Shown here one piece after another: positions 50,856 through 63,170 of a stretch of 64,000 nucleotides of DNA. The translations under genes and the position numbers were made by a program. The stretch comes from Stegostoma tigrinum (Eukaryota), in the NCBI RefSeq assembly GCF_030684315.1, contig NC_081400.1:3589795-3653794 (forward strand), given 5' to 3'. Numbering within the stretch: the first letter of the stretch is position 1; the number at the start of each line of letters is the position of its first letter. The notes below the pieces were generated by a model. It saw only the letters and a list, made by a program, of their open reading frames with translations, had not been told where the DNA came from and made no database searches.

Positions 50856-52629
50856 TAACAACGGCCACTCCACAAACCACTTTCTGGAAACAGTGACTGC
50901 ACTGATGCAGATCTCCCCCACATCCGCCAATCAGCATCACCAGTCTGCTGCCCTTTCCAAGGGTATGCGAGGACACTGAGTAAATTCGAGGATCTTATAG
51001 ATTAGTAAATAAAAATGGGTTAAGGGGATGGTGGGGAATTGGCAGGAAACTGGAGTTGAGGTCAAGATGATATCCACAATGATGCTGTTGTATGGTGGAA
51101 CAGCTGGAGCATCTGAATGGCCTCCTCCTGCTCTTAGATGTTATTTTCTTAAGAGGCTCTCTGCAGAGATGAGGCAACTTTGTAGCCAAACTATAAAGTG
51201 CTGAGATTACATGGTGGACATACATCTGTCCCCAAAGCGTGAGCCCCCTACACTTTAATCAGCTTTGCTGAGTCTGAATGGCAGAGCAGCGTCTGGATAG
51301 TCTGCACTTTCTTTAAAGGAAATGATGCGTGCACACTCCCCATTCCCACTAACGAAACATGGAAAGTGTAATTGAGAATGATGAGATCAGCCACGATCTT
51401 GTTGAATGGTGGAGCAGACTCCATGGGGTGAATGGCCTACTTATGCTCCTACATGTGATATAAGTCAAAGCTGTACTAACCCAGGAGTACAAAATCTGCT
51501 ACTGGGGATAAACATTTTTCAGTTGACTCAGAATCAATCCTGAGACAGTATGAATTATATATTGATGGGTGGGGGGTGTGGGGAAGAAATAATGAACTGT
51601 ATCATTGAGATCAGTTTTGGAGGGGAACAAGTGGATTTCACTCTGTGTTTGGGAGCTGCGTAGAAAGCAGGAAGGGATATCCAGGCAAATAAGGAGTGCA
51701 ATGACTCCTTTCTACTCGCGTTGGTGAAATGGTGGAAATCACTGTCCGAGACTCTAACCAAATCAAGCCAGGGCAGCTTAGAGCATCTGAGTGGTTTCAC
51801 ATCTCCACTCTCTCAGCAACAGGGCTGTTAGGGTATGTTCAATGCTGAAACCGCGTGCACAAGCCTGTTTGCCACTTGGGTTGGGATGGAGATTAGATTA
51901 GATTCCCTACAGAGTGGAAACAAGCCCTTTGGCCCAACAAGTCCACACCGGTCTTTGGCCATCCCACCCAGACCCATCCCCCTATAACCCACACAACCCT
52001 GAACACGACAGGCAATTTAGCATGGCCAATCCACCTAGCCCGCACATCTTTGGACTGTGGGAGGAAACTGGAGCACCCGGAGGAAACCCATGGAGACACG
52101 GGGAGAATATGCAAACTCCACACAGACTCCAAACCGAGTGTGGCATAGTGAAGTTGATTCTGAATGTTTGATCTATTCGTTTTTGTGAAGATATCACTTT
52201 GCCACAATTTGAAAGAAAGTAGACTCATTGGAAAATCACTGCCAAGAGTTTCCTGTTGACGAATTCAGAGCCCACACTCAGTATTTCCTGCAGGAGAGAA
52301 ATATCCTCAAACCGTCCACTGGCACGTGCTATGACTTATATATTTGCCCCAGTAGGCGGGTACTGCTGTGACATATATGAATCATTATGCCTGCCTCTCG
52401 GTGTTCCTATGAATGATATGTATGTTCATCCCTGCCATTGGGTGATGCTGTGACTGACGATTTTATTTCCCCATCCTCATCACTTCCCTTCCATTCTTAA
52501 CTTCAGTGACTGAAACAATTGTTCATTCAGCAGTTTCATTCCTTTTGCAAATTTGTCAAATGTCTGGAAACATTCCTTTCTTGTTGTTCTAAACTTTAAT
52601 GTAGAAGTTTCAGGAAAAGCTTCATAAAG

Positions 52630-53400
52630 CCATAAAGTCATAACATTGAACATCACAGAAACAGTCCTTTAGGACCAAGTTTTCCATTCTGACCAGATGT
52701 ACTAAATGATCTAGTCCCATTTGCCAGCATTTGGCCCATAACTGTATAAGTCCTTCCTATGCATGTACCCATCCAGATGTCTTTTAACTGTTGTAGTTGT
52801 ACTCACCTCTGCCACTTCCTCTGGCATCTCATTCCATACACCACCTGCATGAAAATGTTGCTCCTTAGGCCTCCTTTAAATCTTTTCTCTTTCACATTAA
52901 GCCTACACCCTCTATTTTTGAATGTCCTACCCTGGGAAAATGACCTTGGTATTCAGTCTATCCATAGACAATAGACAATAGGTGCTGGAGTAGGCCATTC
53001 GACCCTTCGAGCCAGCACCACCATTCATTATGATCATGGCTGATCATCCACAATCAGTATCCTGTTCCAGCCTTATCCCCATAACCCTTGCTTCCACTAT
53101 CGTTAAGAACTCTATTTATCTCTTTCTTGCAAGTACCCAGAGAGTTGGCCTCCACTGCCTTCTGGGGCAGAGCATTCCATATATCCACCACTCTCTGGGT
53201 GAAGAAGTTTTTCCTCAACTCTGTTCTAAATGGGCTACTCCTTATTTTTAAACTGTGTCCTCTGGTCCTGGACTCACCCATCAGTGAAAACATGCTTCCT
53301 GCCTCCAGAGCGTCCAATCCCTTAATAATCTTACATACCTCAATCAGATCCCCCCTCATGTTTTATAGACTTCTATAATGCCACCCCTCAGCCTCAACTA
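52630..53400 (-). mobile_element. Nested CR1 3' fragments (young copy 52966-53360 inside an older one)
   Basis: MRGDLIEVCKIIKG..FFTQRVVDIWNALP; (TAGACAA)2 tail. Confidence 0.85.
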
Positions 53401-53799
53401 CCAGGAGATGCACTTTCTGTAATCTGAAATGTTACAACGGCTTATTGATAATGGATTTTTCAATCGTTTCCCTGCATTGGGCTAAATAGTAATGGGTTAG
53501 CATTCCAGAAGCCCACGCGAATATTCTTGGGTCAAGGACTTTAATCACACTCTGTCAGATGTTGCAACATGCATTGAACAACGATCAAAAATAAGGGTCT
53601 GGGTTTCAACCACATAACAAGTTATTCCCTGTTAAAATGCAAATGCTTCAGTTTATACTTCAGGGAAAGGAAATTTTTACATGGTCTGGCCTAAACGTAG
53701 TTTCAGGCATGCATTAAAATTGCTGACTCAACTGCATTCTGGGCAATCACTGGTATTCCATAAATGCTTGGGCCACCCACATTTTAAAATAAAAATCTG

Positions 53800-55030
53800 C
53801 ACATTTTTCATCTGAATAGCTTGTTTACATCATCATAGCTGTATCCACTAAAAATATTCTTTAACATGAAGATCCAAATAGTTTTTGGTCACGAGGTCGA
53901 CAGGACTGCCTGTTTCTTAATCCCCTTCTTTAATTCTTGTTGGAAACTGTTGAGGCCCAAAGTTAGGCATCGTAGAAAACACACCAAGGATCGGTAAATG
54001 TATCTATACACTCCTCAAGTTATCACATTATCAATGTTCTGACCCTATGCATACTTTTCCACAAGTTGATAGAATTAACTGCACGACCACATGTGGTATG
54101 GAAAACTCTGTGGAGATAATGAGCAATTAATTCCGATAATGTTGGAAACTGATACTTCCATTCATTTTATTCATTAATGGGATGTAGGCGTCCTGGGTGG
54201 CCAGAACTTATTGCTTGTCCCTAGTTGCCCTTGAAAAAGTGATGGTGAGCTCCTTCTTGAATCACTGCAGTCCGCATACTGTAGGTCGACCTACAATGCC
54301 ATGAGGGAGGGAATTCCAGGATTTTGCCTCAGTGACCGTGAAGAGACCGTAATATTTTTCCCAGACAGAGTGGTGATTGGCTTGAAGGGAACCCAAAGGA
54401 GGTGGTGTTTCCATACATCTGCTGCCCCCCTTCATCGAGATAGAAGAAGTCATGGGTTCGGGAGGCACTGTCTGAGAATCTTTGGTGAATTTCCGCAGTG
54501 CATCTTGTAGATAGCACACACGGCTGCTAGCGAGTGTTGGTGGTACTGGAAGTGGGTGCTTGTGGAGGTAATACCTATTAAGCAGGCCGATCTTTCCTGG
54601 ATGGTGTCAAGCCACTTGGGTATTATTGGAGAGGCACTCATCCAGGCAAATCGGGGGGATACCATCGCACGACTGACTTGTGCCGAGCAAATTTCAAATG
54701 TAGTTGATGGCAAGATGTTATTTCCAGATACACTTGTCAAATTCACTAGCAAAATTCGAATGAAATAGCATGAGTGAAACATTAGTTATCATTAACACAA
54801 ATAAATTCCTATGTAAGTATGTAAAGGCTACCATTTGGTAAACTGTTCTCTTCTACAGTGTTGAGAGTATAAAGGCTTGGCTGATAATGGAGTTTACTGA
54901 GTGTGCTATTTCCTTTATGATACGGATACCACAGGATGATAGAGAAACAAGTTGCTGATCCGAAAACCACTTCTACCATCAGAACAAGCAGAAAGATTAA
55001 TTGTTCACTGCTACCATTGCAACAGGACAA
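53800..55030 (-). pseudogene. Heavily decayed GT29 sialyltransferase (ST8Sia-like) pseudogene, interrupted by a LINE fragment
   Basis: In order on the minus strand: a type II TM-like segment LIFLLVLMVEVVFGSATCFSIILWY (~54925-55000); TCGRAVNS (54071-54094); GQNIDN (54027-54044); FLRC/NFGP (53953-53978); ETGSPVDLVTKN (53881-53916). Together these resemble sialylmotif L (C-AVVGNSG..G.EID..FVFRCNFAP..DVG.KTDLVT.N) with frameshifts. Confidence 0.5.
54161..54721 (-). mobile_element. CR1/L2-group LINE 3' fragment with a Deu-type tail; related pieces at 18230-18980, 34790-35150, 39660-40150
   Basis: WMSASP..LDTIQERSACLIG..AAVCAIYKMHCGNSPKILRQCLPNP; TTCCA at both ends (54156-54160, 54722-54726). Confidence 0.75.
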
Positions 55031-55159
55031 GAATCACATGGATATTGCCATCCTGTCCTGATTGCACTTCACTGGTTGCCATTCATGAAATTCATTATAT
55101 ATAGAAGAGCCAGTGTTTTGTGAATATTACCATAGGATATTGTTTGTAATGCAGCATAA

Positions 55160-55550
55160 ACCTGGTCCACAACCTCTGTCTTTTACGCTCCCCACCACGG
55201 ACAGAAAAAAATGCTCCAGGACACCCTTGTGATGTTCTTGACCCTGGCACCAAGGATGCACAAAACCATCCTCGACTCTCATCAATGTCCCCCAAAAGTG
55301 CCTACCTGCGCCCCTAACTAATGGTTTCCTGATCACTATTACACCACCCTACTTGTTCTTACTCCCAGTACAGCCAAGTCCACTTGGGGTGCCACATCCT
55401 GGCTCTGACTGTACCACCTCTAGCTGCCCTCAGCTGCTTTCAAAACATAAATTTTTGATCAGAACATTCGGACACCCCTACACTACCTGTATGTTTACCT
55501 TGGACACCCTGGCTGTCAATGATTCCCTTTCTGAAACTTATCTTGTGGCA
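55160..55550 (-). mobile_element. Decayed CR1 ORF1 (SGNH-esterase-like) fragment
   Basis: Minus-strand VRGAGRHFWG..ESR..C..PG pattern across frames. Confidence 0.5.
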
Positions 55551-55569
55551 TGACACAGCGTGTCTGTGC

Positions 55570-55584
55570 GTGCCATCTAGTGAA
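55570..55584 (-). promoter_or_regulatory. CTCF-like motif (reverse)
   Basis: Minus strand TTCACTAGATGGCAC. Motif match only. Confidence 0.35.
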
Positions 55585-56401
55585 CGCTCAGTCTTGTAGG
55601 TATGCAACAGTGAGTGCAGCTGCCACTTGAGCTGGGAATCTGGGAGCTCGTTTTTCTGCAGTTGTTGTCTCTTGTGAGAGGCTCTTCCTGCCCGTGATAA
55701 TCGAGGACACTATATTCTCTTACATAGGAGAATGTATGACTACCCACGTATTACCAAACACACATTCCTCTAGGCCGAGTGGACTTGAATTTATATCACT
55801 TTTGCAAACATCTCTCGGCGTGAAATAAGAAATCACATTGGCTCCAATTTCCTCTTAATCTTCACGTTTCACAGTTCTATCCACGGATAGCTGTCTTCTT
55901 TTAAAATAACATTATTTTAAATTTTACTGCTATGTAAGAACAATCCCAAGAGCCACTTATTAATAACCAATGAACTTAAAGCTTTTCTTTGATGTCCCCA
56001 TTTATACTTTTCACTTTCCTTTCAATTTTGAGCTCTGACCATTTCTGAGTTGCCAACTGCTGTGCCACCCAGATTCCCAGGAACATGATGCAGACCTGAC
56101 GTCTAAACCCAGATTTGTGCATTCACTCCCCACACTGGTCTTGAAGGTCAGCTGTCTCTCGGACTTACCCGTAAGTGACTTCATGCAGAATAACTCAGGT
56201 ATAATTCAGCTAATACTCTACATCATCCTCAATGATAAGGGAGAAATGCAGCTGTCTATGAAATATTATATCATTGAATAAAATGAGCAGTTACTCTGCC
56301 CTCCTGGGAACATTGAGATCTGAAGTGACACACGATCAATTCAATGGCATCTAATTTTATTGTTGGATCCATGTGTGGGCTCAGAAATCCAGTGAAATGC
56401 A

Positions 56402-57333
56402 TTAGATTGCTGTGAGTTGAACTTTTTCGTTTGATTTATTAATTAGCTGCATAGTTAATTGAAGAGGCAATTGCATAACACTCCTTAAGTTGTCTCTGAA
56501 CTTGGCCTGAGTCACGCCATAAATAAATGTGTTTATGCAGCAACATAAGTTCCGCAGCATGAATCCGACTTGTCCAAAGATATACAAAGAATCATTATAA
56601 TATCGTGGATTTATTCCTGCAATGCTATAATACAAGAAATCTATAACATATGTGAACCACAGAAGAATGAAGCTCCCCGATATGGCGAAGAGTAATATCA
56701 CAGACCTCCTTCTGCTCTCCATCTCTGTGTCACTATGATTTTCTCTCTTGGTCTGACCCTTCAGCCTCTTACGGATTTGATTGGCGACTAGGATGTGTCT
56801 GACTGTCAGAGCATTGAGTAAGAGAATTAAAGTGAATGGTAGCAGTGGTGTTAAAATCTTGTCAAACCAGTCAAACCCTACCCAAACAGGAGCAGTGTAA
56901 TAGCTTGGCTTCTTATAACAGAGCCATGGCACGTTGTCAATTATCTCCCCAGGTTCTTTTGTAAAATAGAATGGAACATTTTTTAAAGACAGCAGAATGG
57001 AAGCTGTTACTAGAACGACAGCCGCTGTTTTCTCATTGCAATATTTTGCTTTTAGTGCCTGGCAACAAATTGCAACATATCGATCAATGGAGAAAGCGAT
57101 GGTGAACCAAACAGAACAGTCCATTGCTGAATGAGTCCAGGCATAGAGGAGGCTACACACAGGTGTGATATCCAGAACAGATCTCGGGAAATAGTAATAA
57201 CTGATCCGAAACAGGACAACATCAATGACAATGAACATTAAATCTGCTGTGGACATGGCCACCATGTAGCGAATGGTGCAGATAGATAGACCACACTTCC
57301 GCCGTGCTAGGATCACAATTGCAACTAAGTTCA
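56402..57333 (-). CDS. GPR139/GPR142-like class A GPCR, exon 2
   Basis: Acceptor TCACAG|TG; VNL (TM1), MSTADL (TM2), SVWFTIAFSIDRYVAIC (TM3), TPLLPF..LLLNAL (TM5), FILLWF (TM6), INTFIY (TM7); open to the stop at 56402. Confidence 0.92.
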
Positions 57334-57451
57334 CTGTGAGAGGAAAAGGGGAAAATTAAACTGAAACTACTGACAAAAAAATTTCTCATACCAAACATAC
57401 AAGGGATAGAATAAGAAGATAACCACAAATGAATCGAGTGTTGACACTTAC

Positions 57452-57518
57452 CAGGTACACCAACGACAGCAAGGAGCATGTAGAATATTCTCTTACTTCT
57501 GTAAATTACTTCACGCAT
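57452..57518 (-). CDS. GPR139-like GPCR, exon 1 (MREVIYRSKRIFYMLLAVVGVP-)
   Basis: ATG at 57518; phase-1 donor G|GTAAGT; 118-bp intron; joins as GVP-V-NL; 67+932=999 nt (332 aa). TATA-like TATATAT at ~57597-57604. Confidence 0.88.
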
Positions 57519-57859
57519 TTTGTGCTTCAAATAATATGTCTTTTCCTTCTGGCGGCGATCTCTCAAAATTAACCAATGAAGTGATGCCTTCACAGCATAT
57601 ATAATGTATACCTATGGTAAGTCTCGAGAGAGTCAGGAATTGCAGCATTGTTTAAGTAAGATGTTTTAATTGGAACCAACAGGTTACAACATGTATTAAT
57701 CTCTGTTTGTGCTGGAATATGCTTCATGACAAACTAAGTTAGGATATTCCACAGTCCAAGTAATTTTGATCACCGTAATTACATAAATAAAATTGTAAGA
57801 TGCTTTATTCCATCAATGACAATATTCATGCAAATTCAGACAGAAAAGTAAAGCAGAAA

Positions 57860-58360
57860 CACATTATGTAAATTATGGAAGGTTGTTGAGTTCCAAGATG
57901 CGAATGATCTTGGTGTCCTGGTGTACCAACTACAGAATGTTCCTGTGCGGGGACAGCAAGTGACCAGGAAAATTAATAGAATGTTATATTTTGTTGTGAA
58001 GGGGATTGAATGCAAGAGTAGGGAGATTATTATTTATTTATAGAGGGCATTTGTGAGATTGCTTCTGGAGTACTATGCACAATACTGGTCACCACACTTA
58101 CAGACACATGTTGATCTGTTGGAAGTAATTCAGAGAAATTTTTCAAGAACAGTATCTTGAATGATTAGATTGTCTCAGAGCAAAGGAGAATCAGACTAGG
58201 CCTGTACCCCGGAGCTTAGACCAATCAGAGGTGACTTAATTGAAATATAAAAGTGCCTGAGGACACTTGACCTGTCAGATGTGGAAAGAAAATTTCCTCT
58301 TTCTAGAGAATCTAGAACTAAGGACATAGCTTAAAAATAAAGGGTCACACGTCTGAAACA
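57860..58360 (+). mobile_element. Old CR1 3' fragment
   Basis: CTGGAGTACTATGCACAATACTGGTCACCA (LEYYAQYWSP) and AGAGGTGACTTAATTGAA (RGDLIE). Confidence 0.75.
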
Positions 58361-58699
58361 TAGCAGGGCCACAAGAGAGAAGAGTGAGGGAAGGAAGTAG
58401 CATTTTACAGTTTAAGAGGGAGAGAGATGGATATAATCCCCACATGCTTTACACATGTGTAATAATGTCTCAAAGCAGTTTGATTAGCAGTACGGGCTTC
58501 CATTCGAAAGAGTCCAAATACATAAGGGCATGGTAAGGTTTTGAAGAAGGATCATTCAAATTCATTCTGATCAAATTTTTCGAAATGACTTCTGAATGGG
58601 AGAAAAGACAGGGCATGTGTTTTCAGGCATCAAATATTGCCTCTGTCAATGAATTGTGCTTCTCTGTTCCATCATTCTGTGCTCAACCAGTGCCTCCCT

Positions 58700-59000
58700 G
58701 AGTGAGCATGTTTGATGGGGAAGTTGTATTTTCAGATCAAAAGAGTAGAGCAAACTTTCCTCTTCATCGAAACCTGCGCTGCCCATGTCGTGGAAGTGTT
58801 TGATGGCTACACTTTAGAAAGTTTTACATTCTATATAACTGACATTGTCGCTGGTATTGAGGACGTTTGATGGGGACAATGTAGAGAGAGATATGCTTTG
58901 AGTTTGGAAGAATAGAGAGAGCTTTAAACCGTAGCTAACTCCAAAAGTACCTGTCCTGTAGGGTGCTTCATGGCGACAGCTTGACTTGCCGTTTTAAAGG
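58700..59000. repeat. Degenerate short tandem repeat (TGTTTGATGGGGACA.TGTAGAG.GAGCTTT family)
   Basis: TTTGATGG recurs at ~58711, 58799 and 58866; an inverted copy lies at ~59500-59545. Confidence 0.55.
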
Positions 59001-60439
59001 AGCAGAAGAATCTTTAGGGATTCTAGTAGGTCAGTGATACTGAGCCAGAAGGCCCAAGTTCACGTCTCACCTGTTGCAGATATGAACAGGTTGACTAAAT
59101 TTCCAAGCAATTGTTTCCAGTTGAATNNNNNNNNNNNNNNNNNNNNNNNNNNNNNNNNNNNNNNNNNNNNNNNNNNNNNNNNNNNNNNNNNNNNNNNNNN
59201 NNNNNNNNNNNNNNNNNNNNNNNNNNNNNNNNNNNNNNNNNNNNNNNNNNNNNNNNNNNNNNNNNNNNNNNNNNNNNNNNNNNNNNNNNNNNNNNNNNNN
59301 NNNNNNNNNNNNNNNNNNNNNNNNNNCTGTATGTGTGAAGCTGATGTCACCACTGAGCTTCATGTCCCTCTGCTAATGTTCAGACCCTGGTGCAGTGCTT
59401 CAAACAGAGCAAGTAGCTTCTTTCTGTTTAACCAGACCAGATATTTTAAACACCCTAATCATCATGAATAGACAATGTGGCTCTCTTCTTAATCACTCCC
59501 AGGACAGGGACAGCACAGGGTAAGATACAGAGTAAAGTTCTATCCAGAGATTTTATGATGAACCTGTTTGGGCATGTTACATAGCACTGGAGCAGGCGAA
59601 ACTCGAACGTTGGCCTCCTGGATCAGAGGTACAGAATAATAATAGGAAACGCTGTGTCGTCTATCCTCACAATGTGACTGTTTTAACCCCACCACTAATC
59701 CACAGAATCATCATGCAATATATAATTTCTGACCTTCAGCATCCGGATCGATACTTACCGCTTTCAGTCCTGCTAATATGTCAAATATTGCCACTTTGTA
59801 TTGGGAGTGATGGAAAGTTTAGTAGACTTTGGCAGCCAACACCGCTGCTCTTAAACATTTGTTGCAAAACAGATGTAAGGAAAACGTACTAAGAAAATGA
59901 AACTACATTCTTAACTGTTCTGTTTGTTCACATAGTTGCGATTTCTCTGTCCATTTTCCCGAACTGAAGAGAAGCGTTAAATATTTATAGAAAGGCACTG
60001 ATCTGGTTAATCAGAGTCCGAGGGGAAACAATCAGCACAACAATCTGCAGAAGGAGCTGTAGAGGCTTTTAGATTCATAGCATTAAGGGAGCTCCCCATC
60101 TGACTGCCGATTCCTGCGGCAACATGCTTAAAATGTTGAGAAAAATCAACAATAAAGCTCTAAAAGGCAAACAGCTTCTGGTGGCTCTGGAGAAGGCAAA
60201 TGAACTCTTTTAATAAGCCATAACTGAAGGCATCGAACAATCTAGAGGAGAACTACCCCACACCAACTCACACAGGTAGATTTAAGCAGTCAATATTAGA
60301 CTTTTCAGCATCTCTAACAAAATTAACTGCAGAGAAAGTGTATCAATTGGGATGTGATTGATCAAGATAGAGAGTGAGATGGATTCGTGTGTTTATTTAA
60401 TGGATTGGGTGTCGCGGCCTAGGTCATAAGGGCAGAATT

Positions 60440-60900
60440 AGCCCAAAATGCCCTCCAAGCCTGCTCCACCATTCATAATGATCATGGCTGACCATGCAAT
60501 TCACATGCCAGTTTCCACTCCCACCCCCAACTCCCAAATATCCTTTGACCTTATTAGCAGCAAGTGCTAGCTCCAACGCTTTGAAATCATACAATGTTTT
60601 AGCCTAGACTGTCTTCTGTTGAAGGGAATTCCATCAGCTCCCCACGCTTTTGGTGACGAAATTTATCCTCATCTCAGTCTTAAATAGCCTAACCCATATC
60701 CTTACACCATAATCTGTGTTCCTGACTCCCAAGTCATCGGGAATATCTTTCTTCCATTTGCAGCATCAGGTCCTGTTAGAAATTTATAGCTTTCTATGAG
60801 ATTCCTTTTCTTCTTTTTCTGGGATCCATCAAATGTAATCCGAATCGATTCAACCTCTCCTCATAAGTCAATCCCACCATCATAGATATCAATGTGATAA
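60440..60900 (-). mobile_element. Old CR1 3' fragment
   Basis: Similar to other minus-strand CR1 3' ends (AAGCCTGCTCCACCATTCA, TCCTCATCTCAGTCTTAAAT). Confidence 0.7.
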
Positions 60901-62099
60901 ATCTGTGTATATTTATTTCTAATTCTTGTTAATATGAATCCCAAATCCATCCCGTTATTATAATTTTTCAGCATGTGCTTGAACCCATGGCAATCTAATC
61001 TAAAATCCCAGAATATGTAATATGAATATGTATCCCAGCCTTTTTTTCCAAGACTGCCGTACCCTTTTATTTAGCCCCTTTGCTGGAGAATTCCATATTT
61101 TTCCCTAGACCTTCTTATCATGCAATTTATCAAATATTGTTGGGGTTTCACAATATACGTGTTTCATTTTTATCAAGACTTTAAGTGTACAATTGGGCAA
61201 CTTTTCAAAAATGCTGTGAAACCTATGCTAAAGATGCTACCATTTTTTCAACCAGGTGCCAGGTCTTCCTTAATCGACTGTCGTCAAGTTCAGGTCCCAC
61301 CAACATGTCTGAACAGGTTGTTTAGAATAATAGACTAATGCTTTCCTAGTGCTGAAAAGCAATACGCACAATACTGCTGCATTGTTACAAAAACAGAAAT
61401 TGTTTGAGAAAAGCAATAGGTCTGGCAGCACCTGTACAGAGAGCGAAAGCAAAGTTAACATGTGGAGTCCAGTGACCCTTCCTCAGATCTGTTCATTAAG
61501 CATTAACTCCTCTTCCTCTGCCCCAGATGCTTACAGACCTGATGATTTTCTCCAGCCTTTATCATGCTTCAAATTTTGAGCAACCACAGTTCTTTGTTTT
61601 ATTTTTTGGCTGTTAGTTTGGTTTGGTGACAATACAGGAGGCTTTTGTGTTTCTAAGTTAAAACCAGTGTTAAATTTCACCAGCCTTGTTCTCCATTTTA
61701 ATGCTTCATTTAAAAAAAACTTGCCCAGTTGTCGATCTTTAACTATTAGGTCGATGTGAGCACCGCATTAAGCAGCCAAATCAACGTTATATCAGAAGAA
61801 GGGCCATGAGACTCAAATGTTAAGTCTGTTTCTTACTCCCGAGATTCTGCAATGGCTGTGTATAAATTCAATGAAACGATATGTTTGAAAAGAGCCCCAT
61901 GTACTGCAAATGTTGGACATCTGATATTAAAACAGAAAGTGCCAGAGAAACTCAGTAGCATCTGCAGAGAGAGCGACAGAGGTAGTCACAGAGAGCGCTA
62001 AGCTTTTCAGCTAAGTAATTCTTCTTTGGAACTGAAGGGGGCTGAAAATGGTGTTTTTACACCGTTTGTGGGACAAGCAACAAGTGGAGCAGATCACCC

Positions 62100-62490
62100 A
62101 AAACAAAAGACAAATAGGGAGCGCCAACAGTCTGCCCTGGATCACCCACAGTGATGTGACAGCCAAGAGGGCACAACAATATCTTGACTTCTTCGGGAAG
62201 CTAAGCAAATTCGGCATATCCATAAAGACTCTTACCAACTGTAAAATATGCATCATAGAAACCATTCTACCCAATAGCATCATGGCTTGATATAGTAACT
62301 GCTCTGTCCAGGACTGTGAGAAACTGCAGAGAGTTGAGAACACAGCCCAATCCATTATGCAAGCCAACCTTCCATCCATTGACTCCAACGACACTTCTCG
62401 CTGCCTCGGAAAGGCAACCAATATCATCAAAGATCCCTCCCACCTTGATTGTAATCTCTTCCCACCATCAGGCAGAAGATACAAAGCATA
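62100..62490 (+). mobile_element. Rex1/Babar-type LINE 3' fragment
   Basis: WITHSDVTAKRAQQYLDFFGKLSKFG..LTN..CIIETIL..SIMA*YSNCSVQDCEKLQRV. Confidence 0.8.
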
Positions 62491-62951
62491 TGTAGTCTTT
62501 ACCTGCCCTCCAGTCTTTAATAGCTGAAAGGCCATTTCGAAATGCATCTCATTACAAGGTAAAGATGACATAGAGTGCAGGGAAATAGATTGTCACCTAT
62601 CCTTTGTGAAATATTGTCGGTTGTGAAATGTCTTCACAGAATGGTATAAAAATAGAAACTGATGGAGAAACTCAGTAGACCTGGCTGCAGCTGTTGGAAG
62701 AAATCAAAATTCTGTTTTGCTTGACTGAATGGTTTTTATAGCCTTGACAAGACGTCTTCTTTAGCATTTTTCATTTCTTTGTTATTAATAATACTCAATC
62801 ATTCAAATGAGATTTTTTTGGAAATGTAACTAAATAAGGACAAAGATCAAAGAGGGCATCTGCGGCACAATGGCATTGTCCCTATCTCTGAGCTAAGAGA
62901 TCTAAATTCAAGTCCCAAATAAAACCAAAAGGACTGCAGATGGTGTAAATC

Positions 62952-63170
62952 AGGAACAAAAGCAGAATGTGCTGGAAAAGCTCAGCAGATCTGGCACCAT
63001 TGGTGAAGAAAAAAAATCAGAGTTAGCATTTTACGTTCGGTGACCCTTTTTCAGTTCTGAGGAAGTTCTAAGGAAGGGTCAGCAGAATCGAAACACTATC
63101 TCTATTTTTTTTTCTTCACAGATGCTGCCAGACCTGCTGAGCTTTTCCAGAAACTTCTGTTTTTGTTCCT
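62952..63170. mobile_element. Palindromic Penelope-derived short element (two inverted terminal halves); related pieces at 23280-23370 and 61390-61600
   Basis: AGGAACAAAAGCAGAA..CTGGAAAAGCTCAGCAG.TCTGGCA is mirrored by TGCCAGACCTGCTGAGCTTTTCCAG..TTCTGTTTTTGTTCCT, with a CTGAGGAAG/GGGTCA..CGAAAC core. Confidence 0.65.

Noticed and set aside
16120-52492. 41-bp and 37-bp periodic arrays as CRISPR-like repeat-spacer systems
   Set aside because: Contiguous degenerate tandem units with no unique spacers, no cas genes, and a vertebrate context.
46096-59471. ORFs containing X runs
   Set aside because: They span N gaps (46155-46307, 48548-48714, 59127-59326). The gap contents are unknown.
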